A stretch of 64,000 nucleotides of DNA from Callorhinchus milii (taxonomy: Eukaryota): assembly GCF_018977255.1 (NCBI RefSeq), contig NW_024704742.1:57228001-57292000 (forward strand). The letters run 5' to 3'. Positions 62,701 to 64,000 of this stretch are shown piece by piece. The notes beneath the pieces were generated by a model. It worked only from the letters and a program-made list of their open reading frames with translations, ran no database searches and was not told where the DNA came from. Both the position numbers and the translations under genes were made by a program. The first letter of the stretch is position 1. The number at the start of each line of letters is the position of its first letter.

Positions 62701-62920
62701 CATCTGTACCCAAAAAACTAACGCCTACAACAAATCCTGGACTCCATCTCTGATAATCTTTGTTTCTTACCTTCTAAAGGTGAAGGATATCGTTCTCCAT
62801 CCTGAGATGTTAACTGTTCAAAGTGGCCTTCTGACTCCAACATTCAAGGCAAAGAGAGCAGAACTAAGGAAATACTTCCGTTCACAACTTGACGAACTTT
62901 ATGCAAACATCAAAATGTAA
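33186..62920 (+). CDS. ACSL1: Long-chain-fatty-acid--CoA ligase 1, spliced CDS (20 coding exons using one of two alternative gate exons; 2097 nt, 698 aa)
   Basis: Exon lengths 195,115,65,102,100,179,33,52,74,78,135,135,96,73,89,117,144,102,72,141 join in frame across GT-AG introns. Motifs: N-terminus [15 protein letters not shown]...[16 protein letters not shown] (ACSL1-like, not ACSL5/6), AMP-binding [29 protein letters not shown] signature [26 protein letters not shown]-terminus [15 protein letters not shown]. Confidence 0.97.
33700..34140 (-). mobile_element. Old L2 LINE 3' fragment
   Basis: [24 protein letters not shown]; decayed tail. Confidence 0.7.
34500..34745 (+). mobile_element. 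CR1 LINE 3' end
   Basis: Homologous to the other CR1 3' ends (GGACCAAAATGCCCTCCTTTGCTGTAA). Confidence 0.6.
35680..36050 (+). mobile_element. tRNA-derived SINE, intermediate subfamily
   Basis: Shares the linker with the 11709 copy. Confidence 0.78.
37683..37900 (-). mobile_element. L2 LINE 3' end
   Basis: (CAA)n-ATTACATTTGTATAGCGCC tail; ALFNRAF. Confidence 0.75.
38850..39130 (-). mobile_element. Possible decayed hAT transposase C-terminal (dimerization domain) fragment
   Basis: Minus-frame LFPTF...[21 protein letters not shown] resembles the hAT motif FP...IP.TS...ERSFSAL..KTYLR. Confidence 0.35.
39797..39911 (+). CDS. ACSL1: ACSL1 coding exon 2 ([11 protein letters not shown]...KRGLRVS)
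   Basis: tttcag| ... |gtaagt; 115 nt; frame continuous. Confidence 0.95.
40295..40325. repeat. (TG)n microsatellite
   Basis: Direct observation. Confidence 0.9.
40999..41063 (+). CDS. ACSL1: ACSL1 coding exon 3 ([21 protein letters not shown])
   Basis: atttag| ... |gtaaga; 65 nt. Confidence 0.95.
41595..42020 (+). mobile_element. Old DeuSINE-like element (SacSINE1-like) with a long central domain
   Basis: Degenerate tRNA head (GGTTCAAGCCCC), core GCTGACACTCCAATGCAGTGCTG...GGTGGACTTTAAAGATCCCATGGCACTATTTGAA, L2-type tail. Related decayed copies at about 5640-5900(+), 62050-62445(+), 8330-8640(-), 9830-10340(-), 25940-26210(-), 38100-38350(-), 39350-39600(-), 47850-48085(-). Confidence 0.7.
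42081..42182 (+). CDS. ACSL1: ACSL1 coding exon 4 ([11 protein letters not shown]...IFAQNRPE)
   Basis: ctttcag| ... |gtgagt; 102 nt. Confidence 0.95.
42365..42760 (+). repeat. Unassigned dispersed non-coding repeat family (best copy)
   Basis: Shares long strings with 6075-6365(+), 7800-8225(-), 8965-9142(-), 15530-15580(+), 28420-28630(-) and 32375-32760(-). Confidence 0.75.
43020..43119 (+). CDS. ACSL1: ACSL1 coding exon 5 ([23 protein letters not shown]...)
   Basis: ctttag| ... |gtaggt; 100 nt. Confidence 0.95.
43385..43563 (+). CDS. ACSL1: ACSL1 coding exon 6 (EIAFVFCD...HFKEVE)
   Basis: ctcttag| ... |gtgagg; 179 nt. Confidence 0.94.
44002..44034 (+). CDS. ACSL1: ACSL1 coding exon 7 (33-nt exon, [11 protein letters not shown])
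   Basis: ttctag| ... |gtaagt; 33 nt, phase 0-0; bridges exons 6 and 8. Confidence 0.9.
45036..45087 (+). CDS. ACSL1: ACSL1 coding exon 8 ([17 protein letters not shown])
   Basis: tttcag| ... |gtaaat; 52 nt; first half of the P-loop. Confidence 0.96.
45476..45549 (+). CDS. ACSL1: ACSL1 coding exon 9 ([24 protein letters not shown])
   Basis: ttacag| ... |gtaaaa; 74 nt. Confidence 0.96.
47038..47115 (+). CDS. ACSL1: ACSL1 gate exon A ([26 protein letters not shown]), mutually exclusive alternative
   Basis: atgcag| ... |gtaggt; 78 nt, phase 0-0; gate motif D-x4-F-LPL(G)H-x2-E. Confidence 0.93.
47160..47237 (+). CDS. ACSL1: ACSL1 gate exon B ([26 protein letters not shown]), mutually exclusive alternative
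   Basis: tttttacag| ... |gtaagg; 78 nt, phase 0-0, no stops; gate motif D-x4-F-LPLAH-x2-E. Not visible in the ORF track. Confidence 0.9.
49140..49274 (+). CDS. ACSL1: ACSL1 coding exon 11 ([20 protein letters not shown]...RMFDK)
   Basis: tttcag| ... |gtgagt; 135 nt. Confidence 0.96.
50251..50385 (+). CDS. ACSL1: ACSL1 coding exon 12 (VHNQANG...[10 protein letters not shown])
   Basis: tttcag| ... |gtatgc; 135 nt. Confidence 0.95.
50643..50738 (+). CDS. ACSL1: ACSL1 coding exon 13 ([18 protein letters not shown]...GCQ)
   Basis: ctgtag| ... |gtaagt; 96 nt. Confidence 0.96.
51993..52065 (+). CDS. ACSL1: ACSL1 coding exon 14 ([24 protein letters not shown])
   Basis: ttgcag| ... |gtataa; 73 nt. 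Confidence 0.96.
52363..52451 (+). CDS. ACSL1: ACSL1 coding exon 15 ([29 protein letters not shown])
   Basis: atacag| ... |gtaagt; 89 nt. Confidence 0.96.
52925..53590 (+). mobile_element. CR1 LINE ORF2 fragment interrupted by a SINE
   Basis: [36 protein letters not shown] resumes after the SINE as [15 protein letters not shown]...LEYCMQFW. Confidence 0.8.
53039..53353 (+). mobile_element. tRNA-Ala-derived SINE, full length, with target-site duplication
   Basis: AGTTGAGT at 53035-53042 and 53355-53362; inserted in CR1. Confidence 0.9.
53805..57770. repeat. About 4-kb compound (TG)n/TCTC microsatellite ending in a 24-bp minisatellite
   Basis: (TG)n runs punctuated by TCTCTGTC. 57310-57770 is tandem GCGTCTGTCTCTCTCGGCGTGTGT and variants. 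Lies in the intron between coding exons 15 and 16. Confidence 0.98.
58220..58336 (+). CDS. ACSL1: ACSL1 coding exon 16 ([12 protein letters not shown]...[13 protein letters not shown])
   Basis: tttcag| ... |gtaagg; 117 nt. Confidence 0.96.
58360..58630 (-). mobile_element. Old L2 LINE 3' fragment
   Basis: Tail plus [12 protein letters not shown] similarity. Confidence 0.6.
59806..59949 (+). CDS. ACSL1: ACSL1 coding exon 17 ([28 protein letters not shown]...GESLQ)
   Basis: gcacag| ... |gttagt; 144 nt. Confidence 0.96.
60185..60367 (+). mobile_element. L2 LINE 3' end (second tail type)
   Basis: [22 protein letters not shown]; tail ...ATAAGTGCAAGTTGTTGTTG. Confidence 0.75.
61066..61167 (+). 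CDS. ACSL1: ACSL1 coding exon 18 ([12 protein letters not shown]...ELCKNQ)
   Basis: ttgtag| ... |gtgaga; 102 nt. Confidence 0.95.
61801..61872 (+). CDS. ACSL1: ACSL1 coding exon 19 ([24 protein letters not shown])
   Basis: ttgtag| ... |gtgagt; 72 nt. Confidence 0.95.
62780..62920 (+). CDS. ACSL1: ACSL1 last coding exon (VKDIVLHPE...YANIKM*)
   Basis: ctaaag| ... TAA at 62918-62920; [10 protein letters not shown] motif. Confidence 0.96.
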   Translation: MKDIVLHPEMLTVQSGLLTPTFKAKRAELRKYFRSQLDELYANIKM

Positions 62921-63360
62921 ACTGTAAAGAAAATGAACCTTTTTTTAAGCAAACCTAATTATTGGCCTTGATGATTCAAAAATTGATAAAACTCTTAACA
63001 GATACTTTGCAATGACCCCCTAGCAGATTACGTATTCGTATTTTGTATTATGAGCCAAAAATTTCAGAGCAGGTCACTGTTCAATGGTGTTGATTTCCAA
63101 AATGCCTTATTTTAAACATCCATCTCTAATAGGGAGACTGGCATAGGGAAACTTGGAATGGAAGCACAAATGAAAGCTGCACTTAGGTGAAAGTATGTAC
63201 AGTTGTCATAAATGCACTATTGTAACATTCTTTTTATACTTGTGTATGCCGCACCTGTTGCACAAATGTCCTGAGGTGAAATGAAGAAAACACTGAAAGC
63301 TTTAACAAGATTACATATTTAATTTATATCACCCTAAGAATGATATTAAATGGTTGCTTA

Positions 63361-63470
63361 AATAAAACGCTTGGCAGTGTAAATGTTTTGTACACAAGAA
63401 CCAAGAGATCTACAAACTGGTTGGCAAAACTAAATAAAAGTATGTTTTGTGTATTTCATTGTGATCACTG
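63361..63470 (+). terminator. Candidate polyadenylation signals of the ACSL1 3' UTR
   Basis: AATAAA at 63361-63366 and 63433-63438, each followed by GT/T-rich sequence. The UTR could extend further. Confidence 0.45.
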
Positions 63471-63614
63471 CAGTAATTGGGATATACCTATGCACAAATT
63501 GAGATGTCCTACCCAACATCAATCAAGATATTAAATACGAAAAAAAATTCAGTTCTATGTATTGTTCACACATACACTGAGCTGAAATGTATACATACAT
63601 GTACACATACACTC

Positions 63615-64000
63615 ACTTGCTCTCTCGACCCCATCCCTACCCCTCTCCTTACCTCCCAGTTCCACCTCCCCTACTCAAAGACATCATAAACCTCTCCCTA
63701 TCTACTGGCACCATCCCATCCCTTTAAAAATGTCCGTAATTACTCCTATCCTTAAAAAACCCTCCCTGGACCCATCTTGCTCTCAAATTACCACCCCATC
63801 AACAACCTCCTTTTCCTTTCCAAGGTCCTGGAACAAGTTGTTGCTTCGCTCCTCCCTCTCCCTTCACCAACCCCTCCAATCGGGTTTCCGTGTCACCCAC
63901 ATCATAGAATCAGCTTTCGTCAAAGTGACAAAAGACATTTTGTCCCATCTACGACCAGGACTCTCTCTGCTTCCTCGTCCTCTGTGACATTTTGGGGTGG
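63615..64000 (+). mobile_element. L2 LINE internal ORF2 fragment (RT N-terminal region)
   Basis: TCSLDPIPT, VITPILKKPSLDP, PLQSGFR..H..ESA..KV..DI. Confidence 0.8.

Noticed and set aside
33186..62920. Alternative identity as ACSL6, ACSL5 or fish acsl2
   Set aside because: N- and C-terminal sequences and the 698-aa length fit ACSL1 best. Phylogeny and synteny would be the formal test.

Overview
Vertebrate genomic DNA, most likely a cartilaginous fish (probably a holocephalan), judged from Deu-domain tRNA-SINEs, L2 and CR1 LINEs and a palindromic Penelope-type repeat. It holds one protein-coding gene, long-chain acyl-CoA synthetase 1 (ACSL1), on the + strand. Twenty coding exons, all bounded by GT-AG introns, run from ATG 33186 to TAA 62920 and give 2097 nt / 698 aa with an unbroken frame. 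The first 33 kb is non-coding (upstream region or 5'-UTR introns) and repeat-rich, with candidate promoters and a strong PPRE-like site. Highlights: (1) Two tandem 78-nt fatty-acid 'gate' exons lie only 44 nt apart, which implies mutually exclusive splicing. Both encode Phe at the gate position, whereas mammalian ACSL1/6 carry an F/Y pair. (2) A palindromic Penelope-like repeat carries decayed minimal hammerhead ribozyme cores. (3) An L2 LINE and a tRNA-Ala SINE share a 3' stem-loop. (4) An unassigned non-coding repeat family has about 7 copies. (5) A 4-kb, nearly A-free TG/TC satellite grades into a CpG-rich 24-mer minisatellite. No prokaryotic systems, CRISPR arrays or true RNA genes are supported. 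Repeat boundaries are approximate; exon boundaries were read base by base.
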